Shown: positions 47,129-58,682 of the stretch, piece by piece | Numbering within the stretch: the first letter of the stretch is position 1 | Layout of the letters: every line of letters starts with the position of its first letter | Source of the DNA: Alphaproteobacteria bacterium | GTDB lineage: Bacteria; Pseudomonadota; Alphaproteobacteria; UBA828 | Length of the DNA: 64,000 nucleotides | NCBI GenBank assembly: GCA_965214705.1 | Contig: OZ243972.1 | Location: forward strand, 2,592,001 to 2,656,000 | Direction of reading: 5' to 3' | Notes under the pieces: generated by a model | Databases searched by the model: none | Seen by the model: only the letters and a program-made list of their open reading frames with translations | Told to the model about the DNA's origin: nothing | Made by a program: the position numbers and the translations under genes

Positions 47129-49489
47129 ATGGACGCGGCCACGAACGTTTCATTCGGCTGGCCTCGCGGCGACACCTTCGCGATGGCCATGGTCCTGGCC
47201 CAGATCGAGGACCAGTGCCGTAATTTCATCGGGGGACCGGGCGCAGGGTCACTGGAGCATGTTGTGGAGTTCACAGCCGAGGCACGCTATCCGAGCCAGA
47301 TCTGGGAGGTAGAAGTACCGCTCCGTTCCAATCGATTTGCCTCGGACGCCGACGTGGCAGCCCTGCGCGCCGATTTCCACAAGGTCCACGAAGATATTTT
47401 CGCCATCGCAGATACGAAATCGGAGATCGAGATTGTCGGCTGGCGCGCGAACGTGCGCTGCACACTCCGAGAGGGCAAGGATAGGCGGCTGGTCGAAGAT
47501 GCCGGCGATTTCCACTCATCCGCGCGCAGGACGGTCTACCTGCCGGATGTCGGCAAGATCGAGGCAAAGGTTGTCCGCCTCGAAGCGATCGACCGGGGCG
47601 TCATTGTAGAGGGGCCGGCGATCATCGAATCGTCCTTCACCACCGTGGTGGTCGAGCCGGGCGCTGCTGTGGAGAGGCGCGCTTCGGGCAGCCTGATGAT
47701 CACGCCCCCTGCTCCGGCTGCCAAGGAGGTCTCGACGCTGGGCAGCCTCGATGGCGTACAATTGGCCATACTCAACAAACGCATGGAGGCACTTTCGGCC
47801 AAGATGGCCAACACGCTGCTGCGCACCGGACGATCCGGCGTGCTGAACAGCGCGCGCGATTTCTCGTGCTGTATCGTGACGGCCGAACACCAGCTAATCT
47901 GCGCCTCCGAGAGCCTGCCCGTTCACGTGCTGCGCGGCGCCGACCTGATGTGCGCTTCCATGAAGGAGTTCCACCCCGAGGTCGCACGCGGCGACGCGTT
48001 TCTGCACAACTCGCCCTACCACGGCAACACGCACCCCGCCGACCACACGATCCTGCTCCCTGTGATCGACGACGGCGGCATCCACCGCTTCACCATGGTA
48101 GCCAAGGCGCATCAGGCCGATTGCGGCAACTCGATTCCCACGACTTATCACGGTGGCGCGCGCGATGTGTATCAAGAGGGAGCGCTGATCTTTCCTGCCG
48201 TCCAAATTCAACGCGACTACAAGGACATCGACGACATCATCCGCATGTGCCGGCTGCGCATCCTCGTGCCCGACCAGTGGTGGGGCGACTATCTCGCCAT
48301 GTTGGGTTCCGCCCGCATCGGCGAGCGCGAGATGCTGGCCCCCGGCAAGGAGGTCGGCTGGGACACGCTCGAGCGCTTCTCGGCGCAGTGGATGGACTAT
48401 TCCGAGCAGCTCATGGCCGAGGCGATCGAGAAGATGCCGGAGGGCCGCGCGACTTGCGAGAGCCGGCACGACCCCTTCCCTAACGCTGAGGAGGGCATTC
48501 CGCTGCAAGCCGTGGTCGAGACGCGGCCCAAGGACGGCATCATCGAGGTGGACTTGCGCGACAACCCGGACAGCTATCCGTGCGGACTCAATCTGAGTCG
48601 GGCAAGCTCAGAGAGCAACGCTCTGCTCGCCGTGTTCAACGGAATTCCGGACCAAGTGCCGTGTAACGAGGGCTCGTTCCGCCGTATCAAGGTGCACTTG
48701 CGCGAGGGCAGCGTCGCGGGCATCGCGGTCCATCCGACGAGCTGCTCGGTGGCAACGACCAATGTCGCCGACCGCGTGGGCAATGCCGTGTCGCGCGCGA
48801 TCGCCAATCTCGGTGACGGCTTTGGCATGGCGAGCACGGGCTCGCTCCAGCCACCCTCGCTCGGCGTCATTTCGGGTGTAAGCGAGAAGACGCGCGGGCC
48901 TTACGTGAACCAGATCTTTCTCGGTTGGGGTGGCGGTGCGGCGGCACCGCATTGCGACGCCTGGATCTCCATCGGCCATATGGGCAATGGCGGTGCTTGC
49001 CATCAGGATAGCGTGGAGCTCGACGAGATGCGCTTTCCGTTGATCGTGGTCGGTCGACACTACGTGACGGACAGCGGTGGCTTCGGGCGCACCCGAGGCG
49101 GTGAAGCCATGTATTCGGAGTTCGGGCCCACCGAAGCGGACATCGAGGTCGGCTTTGTGAGCGATGGCAACATATCGGCTCCGGAAGGGGCCCGAGGCGG
49201 CGGGCCGGGCGCACGTTCCAATCAGTTCCGCCGTGCTCCCAATGGCGATCTCCACCAGCTGGAACCCTGCTCCCAAGCGATCATCTCGCTCGGCCACACC
49301 ATCGTGTCCTATTCTTGCGGCGGTGGCGGTTACGGTTCGCCGCTTGAACGTGCGCCCCAGAAGGTGGCGAGCGACGTGCGCGAGGGGTGGGCTTCCGTCG
49401 AAGCTGCACGTGAGATTTACAAGGTCGTCGTCAGCGCGGACGGTGAACTCGACAAGGCCGCGACAGACGCACTGCGCCGCTTCGGATAG
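47129..49489 (+). pseudogene. 5'-truncated hydantoinase/5-oxoprolinase A-B fusion
   Basis: Only the HyuA C-terminus (RYPSQ..FHKVHE..GPAIIES..TTVVV) precedes a full HyuB domain (RDFSC, NSPYHGNTH, HQADCG, GGGGYG). Confidence 0.8.
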
Positions 49490-50216
49490 CGTAGAACTCG
49501 GGCATAGGCTGCCGCCGAAAACTGTCCCGCCTCAGGGGCCCACTTCTGTAATGGGGCGTTTCCCGTCAAGCTCGATTTTCAACGGATCATTGTCGCGACA
49601 ATCGGTTGTTTTCCTGGCGTGGTGTAGGGGGCTCCTTCGGCTTGGCTGTGAGGCGCCGGCGAGGCGCGGAGGAGGATGCCCGCGTCAGGTTCAATGTGGC
49701 CGACCGCATTGGTCTTGTGCTTGACCAACGTCTTGAGTCCTTCGCCGGGTTCTCGCTTCTGTCCGTGGTCAGCGCATTGGCTGCCGACGTCATGCCCCGT
49801 CCAAATCGGTTCCCCAGTGCCTATCTCCAAAGCGTGCTCGAACGCGACAGGTCGGTTCGGCAAACAAGTGGGCCCACGTGCATCATCGGGGACCGCGTCC
49901 CGGCGAGGGGACACGGGGGGATCGCCCCCCTTCAGGCGCGGCTCTTTCCTCCTCTCCTCGCTGATTGCCGATGGGATGCAGCCGTGCCTATGCCATCTGA
50001 AACGCCATCGCCTCGTCGCGCGTGAAGCGGAACTCGGTGCCATCCCGCCACATCTGGTGGAGCACCACGCCGATACGCCGGGCCAAGGCAACGGTCGCGC
50101 GCTTCTTGCCCCGAAGCTTTGACAGACGTAGCGCCCAGCCCTTCAGATCCTATGGGGCCGACTCGGAGACCGGCACTACGGTGCCGTTCTCGCTAGACCT
50201 CATCAGGAGACAAGAG

Positions 50217-51413
50217 ATGTCCCCAACGAACGAGACCGCCGCGCCGGTCAACGCAGAGCATAGCACGCTGTACGTTGCCATCGAGATCAGCGGAAAGAGC
50301 TGGGTGGTGGGAGTGAAGAGCCCTGCCAGTGATCGGATCGGGCTGCATTCACTGGGGCCAGTGGACGCGGCGACGGTCGAAGGGCTCAAGGAATTGATCG
50401 AGAAGCAGCGAGCCAAGGCTGAACAGGCTCTCGGCCGAGAGGTGCGTGTTCTGTGTTGCTACGAGGCGGGCTACCAGGGCTTCTGGCTTGTGCGCTGGTT
50501 AGATCAGGAGATGTCCATTGAGACAGTGGTGCTCGATCCGGCGAGTCTGCTGGTGAACCGAAAAGCGAAGCAGCGCAAGACGGATCGGATCGATGCGAAG
50601 AAGATGGTGCGCGCGCTACTGGCGCACGACCGAGGCGACGCTGCAGTGCTGAGCCGGGTGCGGGTGCCGAGCGTGGAGGAAGAGGACCGCAAGCGCCTGC
50701 TTCGTGAGCGTCGGCGGCTGGTGAAAGAGCGGACCTCACTGACGAACTCGATCAAAGGGCTGCTCAAGCTGCAAGGGGTCTTCGACCTGGCCCCCCGAGC
50801 CAAGGAGTTCGAGGAGGAGTTCGCGGAAGTGGTGACCGCGTACGGCTCACCGTTCCCGCCGCGGGCGCGTAAGGAGATCGAGCGGCTCAAGGAGAGGTTG
50901 TCCTTGGTGGAACGACAGCTCGCAGATGTCGAGGCCGAGCGCGACGCGGTCGCACGGTCGGGAGCCGACCTCCCGATCACGGATGTCTCGGAGGGGAGCG
51001 ATAAACAGGCGGCGGCGAAGATCGCAACGCTGGCCCGGCTCAAGGGGATCGGCAAAAACGATGCGACCCTGCTCACCAATGAGATTTTCTATCGCGACTT
51101 CCGAAACCGCCGCGAACTCGCGAGCTGGGTCGGCCTGGCGCCAACCCCGTGGGCGAGCGGTGACACGCACCGAGACCAAGGGATCGGCCGAGATGGCCCT
51201 GGCTGGGTCCGATCTCAACTCATCGAAATGGCGTGGCGCTGGCTGCGCCATCAGCCCGATAGTGCACTTAGCGAGTGGTTCGAAAAGCGCACTGCTGGCG
51301 GGCGCGGGCGCATCCGTCGAGTGATGGTTGTAGCACTTGCCCGGAAGCTGCTCATCGCCTTGTGGCGGTTCTCTGAAACCGGTCTCGTGCCGACGGGCGC
51401 CAGGATCGCCTGA
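50217..51413 (+). CDS. IS110-family recombinase/transposase
   Basis: AIEIS, CYEAG, KTDRIDA (RuvC-like domain), GLAPTPWASG (catalytic Ser), VALARKL. Confidence 0.94.
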   Translation: MSPTNETAAPVNAEHSTLYVAIEISGKSWVVGVKSPASDRIGLHSLGPVDAATVEGLKELIEKQRAKAEQALGREVRVLCCYEAGYQGFWLVRWLDQEMSIETVVLDPASLLVNRKAKQRKTDRIDAKKMVRALLAHDRGDAAVLSRVRVPSVEEEDRKRLLRERRRLVKERTSLTNSIKGLLKLQGVFDLAPRAKEFEEEFAEVVTAYGSPFPPRARKEIERLKERLSLVERQLADVEAERDAVARSGADLPITDVSEGSDKQAAAKIATLARLKGIGKNDATLLTNEIFYRDFRNRRELASWVGLAPTPWASGDTHRDQGIGRDGPGWVRSQLIEMAWRWLRHQPDSALSEWFEKRTAGGRGRIRRVMVVALARKLLIALWRFSETGLVPTGARIA

Positions 51414-51720
51414 ATCGTGAGACCGTTCCGTTCTTGCGTCAGCCGGACGCGGCCGGCGCTGGGCCGGGTGGCGTGTGGCCGGAGAACTGGCGGGCTGAAA
51501 GACGCCGACCTTCAGATGGGCCCCGCCTCCGGAACGCTGTGCCCGCAGCAAGCGGGATTGTGGGATGGAGCCAGCGTCTCGCCGCTGGCAACCGCCCGGA
51601 TAAGAGTTGGGTACGCGCAAAGCCGTGTGACCGGTGCAACAAGCGTTCCGATCTGGCAAGAGTAGCCGCCGATCCTGCGAACCCAGGGAGGCCGACACAT
51701 GTGGTAGCTGGTTCTGAATT
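51414..51720 (+). ncRNA. putative bridge/seek RNA region
   Basis: Contains GAACTGGC and CCTTCAG matching both target flanks and ATAAGAG matching the element's right end. RNA boundaries unknown. Confidence 0.7.
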
Positions 51721-52063
51721 TCTTGTTTGACATTCTACAGCCCCATAAGAGCCAGTTCGGTCCTGCGCGGTTCAGCATCACCGTGGCGGCCTGATAGAGC
51801 GCCGTGCGCAGAGTTGCGTCGCCGCACTTCGTGATTCCGCCGACAATATCTCGTTCGCCGGATTGGTCCCGTCCCGGCGTCAGCCCCACCCAGGGGCCGA
51901 CATCCTTCGATCTTCGGAACCGATCGGGATCGTCAATCGCCGACATGAAGGTCAGCGCCACTGCGGCTAATACGGTCTGACGGGGAACAGCAAACGTCTC
52001 AGCGGCTTCCGCTACTGGGTCATCCGCCACGGGCGCAAGGCGCTCGCGCGCCGCAGCCGCTAG

Positions 52064-53709
52064 CCCGGATTTCTCACGAGCGTCCATCGTTGGGTTGTTT
52101 GGTGTTTGTCGTGGGTTTGGTTAGAGAGTTGCGGTGTGGGCCGGGTAATGGCGCAGGAGTGGCGGTGGCGCCGGGGGCGCGGTTGAGGCTGGAGCGGGTT
52201 TTTGGTTGTTGGCGGGAGGGTGGCAGCGGGCCTGAGGCTCGGCTCAGGTGCATAATCGGGCGTGAGCACGTGCGAACTCGGGCGCGTGGGGTGCGCTTGA
52301 GGCCATGGCGATGCGGATGCGGCGGGTACTCAGGCGGACCTGGGCGCCGATCTTCAGCAGCTTGAGGCGGATCGAGCCGCAGGTAGCGCGGGCAAGGCGA
52401 GTTCCGGCGAGCGCGATGCGCCTGAGCGCTGCGAGCAGCACGTAGGCCATGGCGGCGAACCAGAGACGGAGCTGGTTGGCGCGCATGGTCTGAGCCGAGG
52501 TGCGGTCGGCGAAGAGGTCGAGCTGGCACTCCTTGATGCGGTTCTCCATGTCGCCGCGGGCGCAGTAGAGGGTCTCGTAGAGTTCCCGCCGGTCGATGGC
52601 GGCCGCGCTCAGCGAGGTGACGACGAAGCGGGGGTTGGCGCGGCCCGGCATCCACTCCGCCTTGCCGACGACACGGCGCGGGCGCGACCAAGTCTTGCAC
52701 GTGCGGTAGCGGAACTCGGTGAACAGCCGCGCCGGCTGGCCGCTCTCCCGCGAGCGGGCTTCGGCCAGGTCCAGGGCCGGTTGCAGGCGGTCCGTGAGCC
52801 GCGGGTTCCGGGCGAGCCCGAAGACATAGTCCACCCCGTTCGCCTCGCACCAGGCCATCAGTCCCTCGCGGGCGAAGCCAGAGTCTGCGCGCAGCACGAT
52901 CTCGACGGCGGGCCAGCGGGCGCGGATGCGCGCGACGATGCGCGCCACCTCTTCGGCCGCGCCGGCGCTGGCGTCGATGTCGGCCCGCCTCAGCTTGGCG
53001 GCCAGCAGGTGATCGCCGCAGAAGATGTAGAGCGGCAGGTAGCAGTAGCAGTCGTAGTAGCCGTGGAAGAAGCGGCCTTCCTGATGGCCGTGCAGCGGGT
53101 CGTCGGTGGCGTCCAGATCGAGGACCAACCGCTCAGGGGCCTGCCCGTGGGCGTCGAGGAAGAGATCGACGAAGAGCGTCTCGATCGCCTCAGGCTCATG
53201 ACCGATCCGGCGATAGCGATGGGCGCCCGAAGGCGCGTGCTCCAGCCGGTTCAGCGTCGACTTGCCCGCAAGCGGCGCACAGCCCGCACGCCCGGCCTCC
53301 AAACGCCCCAGCACCACCCCCAGCACGGGGTCGTGGCGCAGCGCGTCGTGGTCGATCAAGTCCTCGTAGCCCAGCGCGATCCCGAACACCCGCTGGCCCA
53401 CCAGGGTGGCAACGTCGTGCACCACACGAGAGGCCGCGCGCCCGTCCGAGAAGCAGGCGGCGAAGCAATCCACCAGTCCGATCGCCCGGTCCGTGGCGCC
53501 CAGCAGCAGGGCGCCCGCGTCCGAGGTCATCACCCCGCCGCCGAAGTCGGCCACCACATCACGCCCGTTCAGGCGTGCAAACTGCATCGCGGGCGGGCTA
53601 CACTCTGCAGGCATCGGGGAACTCCTCTGCAGCCGGTGAAGTCTTTGTTGCAGAAGAACTTTCTCACGAGCAGAGCCCCGATGCACACCATACTCGTGAG
53701 AAATCCGGG
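52064..53709 (-). mobile_element. IS1380-family insertion sequence
   Basis: 17-bp TIR CCCGGATTTCTCACGAG; TSD CTAG (52060-52063, 53710-53713). Confidence 0.95.
52244..53614 (-). CDS. IS1380 transposase
   Basis: TSDAG, LDLDATDD..HGHQE, RADSGF, YCARGDMENRIKE. Confidence 0.95.
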   Translation of the reverse strand: MPAECSPPAMQFARLNGRDVVADFGGGVMTSDAGALLLGATDRAIGLVDCFAACFSDGRAASRVVHDVATLVGQRVFGIALGYEDLIDHDALRHDPVLGVVLGRLEAGRAGCAPLAGKSTLNRLEHAPSGAHRYRRIGHEPEAIETLFVDLFLDAHGQAPERLVLDLDATDDPLHGHQEGRFFHGYYDCYCYLPLYIFCGDHLLAAKLRRADIDASAGAAEEVARIVARIRARWPAVEIVLRADSGFAREGLMAWCEANGVDYVFGLARNPRLTDRLQPALDLAEARSRESGQPARLFTEFRYRTCKTWSRPRRVVGKAEWMPGRANPRFVVTSLSAAAIDRRELYETLYCARGDMENRIKECQLDLFADRTSAQTMRANQLRLWFAAMAYVLLAALRRIALAGTRLARATCGSIRLKLLKIGAQVRLSTRRIRIAMASSAPHAPEFARAHARLCT

Positions 53710-53713
53710 CTAG

Positions 53714-54064
53714 CATCGAGGTGGCGCGCATGACGGCCCGCCCTGGTCGATCTCTTCTGCCGCAGCTTCGCGGCCCCACCTGCCGCCATCACGCTGGATA
53801 TCGACGATACCTGCGATGCCGTGCACGGCCACCAGCAGCTCTCGCTCTTTCATGCCCACCACGACACGCGCTGCTTCCTCCCCGTCCACGTCTACCAATC
53901 CGCTCACCAGCGCTGAGTTCACCACTCTCAGGTTACGCCTGTTCAAGATCGTCGCCCGCGTCGTCGAAAAGGTTACACACATCCAAATCCACTCCGCCTC
54001 GCCCTGTCCCGACACCGCCCTCTTCCGCCTGCTCGCAGGTCGCCTCTCCGCAGCAAGCCCCTGA
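53714..54064 (+). pseudogene. degenerate, internally deleted IS1380 transposase
   Basis: LVDLFC..TLDIDDTCDAVHGHQQLSLF..CFLPVHVY joined directly to AEFTTLRLRLFKIVARV. Confidence 0.75.
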
Positions 54065-54410
54065 TCACCGGAGCGGCGTGCCCCGCGACCCCGAACCCTC
54101 TCAACCCCCAACTCGGACACAACGAGCCCCAAATGCCGGCGCCACGGAGCGCTGCAGGACAATTGCGCGCGGCTAACCAGCGCCCTCAACCGCACGGGTA
54201 CCTCGAAAAGATCGGAATAAGTTGCGCAGGGACGCGGTCGACACGAACCACGGTGAGACCGGGCACCGCTGTGCAGGTTCCCTCCGGACCATGGTGCGGT
54301 GCACGGTGCGGGGCGGGTGCGGCATCATCGCGGCATGGGGTGCTTGAACGAACGTGCTGCGGCTGGCGTCGGCGCCAAAGATGTCCGGGCCGGGCGGCTG
54401 TCCCGCGGAA

Positions 54411-54498
54411 ACCCACTTGTCCCACCTAATCCCACCTATCCCACTTACGCCGCTTATCCCGCTTATCCCGCGTATCCCACTTATCCCGCCGAATCCCG
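54411..54498. repeat. degenerate 9-bp tandem repeat (CCCRCTTAT), about 9 units
   Basis: cccacttgt cccacctaat cccacctat cccacttac gccgcttat cccgcttat cccgcgtat cccacttat cccgccgaat. Confidence 0.85.
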
Positions 54499-54696
54499 GT
54501 CGTCCGTCTCACCGGGCGCCCGCGGGCGGTGCCTCCGTACCTGTCGCGGGCGTCGCCACCATGGCGGTGAGCCGGCCCGAAATCTCCCGCAGGCGACGCC
54601 ACTGCTGGTAGTAGAGGGGAAGCGACATCACCGCTCATCGCATGAGCCTCGGACTGTGGATTGGGACGATCGGAGGCGATCGGGCGGGGCGGGCGC

Positions 54697-56640
54697 CTAC
54701 TCGAATGCCGGGAGCCGGGCAAGGAGCTGCGCGATCTCGGCATCGCTCACCTGCGCCGGGCGGTACCAGGACCGTTCCGACGCGCTCACGATCTTCTGCC
54801 GCTCCGCCGGCACATCGGGAACGAAGCCGATCCAGAGCTCGCTCATCTCGTCCGTGGTCTCCCAGCCCCAGGTCACGGTCTGGGGTTCGACCGCCGGGTT
54901 CTGCGGGTTGTCCGCCGTGTTGTCGTAGCGCACCCAGGCGTCGATGCGGCTGCCCGCCGGCAGATGGACCGGCTCGCGGTAGGCGAAGGTGTTCTGCCAG
55001 CGAAAGTCCCAGTCGGCGATGCGGATGAGCGGCTTCTCGCTGCCGTCGGGCAGGGTCGCGATGGCGATGAACTCGCGGCCGAGGAAGTGCATGTGCGGGG
55101 TGACGTCGGTCAGCGCCATGCCGGACGGGACGTCCATGGAGAAGCGCCGCCAGTAGTTCTCCTCGCCCGGCAGAATGCGCAGGTTCTGGGTGCCGATGAC
55201 CACGCCATCGACGTAGCGGCTGACCGGCTCCCTGGCGAAATAGAAGCCCACCTCGCTCCGGTCGGTGGTGGCCTTGCCGTTCAGGTGATAGTGCACCTCC
55301 AGCACCAGGTCCCCGCCCCTGGGCAGCCACATGCCCAGCCCCTTGTCGAGGACGTAAGGCTCGACGCCGGGTGCCCAGCCTCCGATGCCCCAGGCGTTGT
55401 AGTCGAGGAACGCCCCGGTGCCGAAGACGGAGAAGCCCGGCTCCGCGTCCTTCGCATCCGCCGCCCTGGCGCGCCCGCTGTAGTCCATGAGGTAGTTGGC
55501 GTGATGCACCACCTTGGCATCGCCGGGGCTGAATTCGAGCGCTGCCACCACCTTGTCCTCGGCGAAGCCGGTGGGGATGACGAAGTAGCGATAGATGTCG
55601 TCGCCGTCCGCCGGAACCTGGAAGGGCTCGGTCATGCTGAGCACCAGGTCGGGCTCGCCCAATTGCCACTTCGAGCTGGAGCGGACGGAGGCCGGCATGG
55701 CGTCGCCCGCCTCGCCCAGCCGGGCGCCGTTCTCCGACCATGATGCGAGCAGCGATATCTGGTGGTCGCTGAGGCGGCGCGCGTCGCGGAACGCGCCGAA
55801 GCCGGGCACCGCGCGCCACGGAGGCATCAGGCGCTCGCCGGCCATGAAGGAGACCATGCGGTGCCAGCGCTTCGCGTTGTCGTAGCCCTCGAGGGAGAAG
55901 GGGGCGATGCCGCCCTGCCGGTGGCATTCGACGCAGTTGGCCTCCAGCAGCGGGGCGATGTGGTGGTTGTAGGTGACTTCGTCGAGGCCTGTGCGGTTGG
56001 CGCCCGCCCGGTTCCAGTCGTGGTGGAAGCATCCGATGGCCTCGGTGGCGTAGGGTTCCGGCTGGCCGCCGTCCGCCATCGCCTCGATGACGGTGCGCAG
56101 GTCGTGCGAGGAGATTCGCGTGCGCAGCCTGCCCACGGCGGCGAAGCGATCGTCGATGCGGCCCCGGTAGACGACGCGGTCGGCGGTGGAGATCACGAAG
56201 GCCTCCGACATGACGCGGGGGCCGAGGCGGTGCGCCAGGTCGCCGGTGCTGTCCAGGATGACCGGGAACGCGATGCCGAACTCGTCCACGAAATCCGCGC
56301 TCTGGCGCCAGGTGATGTCCGGGTTCGACAGGACGCCATAGAGCGCCACGCCATTCGCGCGCGCTTCGGCGTGGAGCGCGTTGAGCGTCGGCACGTAGCG
56401 CGTGGCGACGGGGCAGGCGGTATCGAGGAAGACCAGGACTGCCGGCTGCACCGCCCCTGCGGAGACGCCGATGCGGTGGTGGTGGCCTTTCACGTCGGTC
56501 ACGCGGACCCCGATCAGATCCACCTCATCGCCTGGTCCCGGCGAGGCGGCGATAGTCATCGCCGGTGCTGCGACCATCAGGCAGGAGAGAACGAACAGGA
56601 CGCGAAGTCGCGTCGCGGTGGCGGTCATCGCGGTCATCAT
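54697..56640 (-). CDS. exported redoxin + cytochrome c + copper monooxygenase (PHM/DBH-like) fusion protein
   Basis: Signal peptide; TACPVA..YRGRIDD..GC (redoxin); CVECH; VVHH, EVHY, PHMH, DEM (Cu ligand pattern). Confidence 0.78.
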   Translation of the reverse strand: MMTAMTATATRLRVLFVLSCLMVAAPAMTIAASPGPGDEVDLIGVRVTDVKGHHHRIGVSAGAVQPAVLVFLDTACPVATRYVPTLNALHAEARANGVALYGVLSNPDITWRQSADFVDEFGIAFPVILDSTGDLAHRLGPRVMSEAFVISTADRVVYRGRIDDRFAAVGRLRTRISSHDLRTVIEAMADGGQPEPYATEAIGCFHHDWNRAGANRTGLDEVTYNHHIAPLLEANCVECHRQGGIAPFSLEGYDNAKRWHRMVSFMAGERLMPPWRAVPGFGAFRDARRLSDHQISLLASWSENGARLGEAGDAMPASVRSSSKWQLGEPDLVLSMTEPFQVPADGDDIYRYFVIPTGFAEDKVVAALEFSPGDAKVVHHANYLMDYSGRARAADAKDAEPGFSVFGTGAFLDYNAWGIGGWAPGVEPYVLDKGLGMWLPRGGDLVLEVHYHLNGKATTDRSEVGFYFAREPVSRYVDGVVIGTQNLRILPGEENYWRRFSMDVPSGMALTDVTPHMHFLGREFIAIATLPDGSEKPLIRIADWDFRWQNTFAYREPVHLPAGSRIDAWVRYDNTADNPQNPAVEPQTVTWGWETTDEMSELWIGFVPDVPAERQKIVSASERSWYRPAQVSDAEIAQLLARLPAFE

Positions 56641-57188
56641 GAACCCAATCCTTCGAGCAATGTGCGAAGCGCCAGGTCGGCCGCGTGCGCGGGCGCCAGA
56701 TTTCCCGCCGCGACTTCCGACCAGGCAAGCCAGACCTGTGCATCGATGTTGACGACCGCCCAGCTGCGCGGCACGTCGGCGGCGATCACGCCTTCCGCCT
56801 TGAGGTCGTCCACCAGGTGCCCGAGCCAGTCGAGCTCCTCGGCGTACCGCTTGCGCACGGCCTCGTCGTCGACGGCCTCGGAGACCAGAAAGTGGTAGCG
56901 ATCGCCGAGCGGGATCACCGCTTCCAGCATGCGCGAGAGGCGCTCCTGTGCCGAGCGTGCGTCCTGGAGCGCTTCGACGGTCGCGGCGTCGATCTCGTCC
57001 ATGCACTGCCTGGAGGCGGCGGCGATGAGATCGCCACGAGAGGAGAAATGGCGGTGCAGGCTCGCCCGGCCGACTCCGGCGCGGCTCGCGATCTCGGAGA
57101 GGGATGCGCCCGGATTGCGCGCAAGCGTGTCGATGGCCGCATCGAGTACGGCCTGTCGTGTCGAGGGTCTGAGAGGTCGTTCGGGCAT
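56637..57188 (-). CDS. TetR-family regulator
   Basis: LSEIASRAGVGRASLHRHF HTH; stop overlaps the next start. Confidence 0.92.
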   Translation of the reverse strand: MPERPLRPSTRQAVLDAAIDTLARNPGASLSEIASRAGVGRASLHRHFSSRGDLIAAASRQCMDEIDAATVEALQDARSAQERLSRMLEAVIPLGDRYHFLVSEAVDDEAVRKRYAEELDWLGHLVDDLKAEGVIAADVPRSWAVVNIDAQVWLAWSEVAAGNLAPAHAADLALRTLLEGLGS

Positions 57189-57195
57189 GGCTATG

Positions 57196-57213
57196 TGATA
57201 CAATATTGTCTCA
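57196..57213. promoter_or_regulatory. probable TetR operator
   Basis: Near-perfect palindrome TGATACAATATTGTCTCA, 7 bp before the tetR start. Confidence 0.65.
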
Positions 57214-57313
57214 TATGAGGCAATGTTCAATACCTCGCGCCGCGCCCTCCTCGCGGCGTGGCGTGATAGGATCGCGCGCCTCGACGCCAACCACGATCCC
57301 AGGTGCCCGGTCC

Positions 57314-58651
<1,338 letters not shown>

Positions 58652-58682
58652 AGGCGCAAGCGGACCACGGGGGAGCGGCAGG

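Larger units (their letters stand above)
50147..51751 (+). mobile_element. intact IS110-family (IS1111-type) element
   Basis: Subterminal IRs TATGGGGC/GCCCCATA, AG core on both sides, outward TTGACA at 51727-51732, long 3' non-coding region. Confidence 0.9.
49543..51968 (-). mobile_element. IS110/IS1111-type remnant, 5'-truncated and interrupted
   Basis: FRRSKDV..GLTP..QSGE..GITKCGD..PNW/LKGWALRL..VALARRIGVVLH (51968-51752 plus 50146-49988); about 440-bp 3' non-coding region ending TTGACGGGAAACGCCCCATTACAGAAG. Boundaries approximate. Confidence 0.8.

Noticed and set aside
54411-54498. CRISPR array
   Set aside because: Units are 9-10 bp with no unique spacers, and there are no cas genes in the window.
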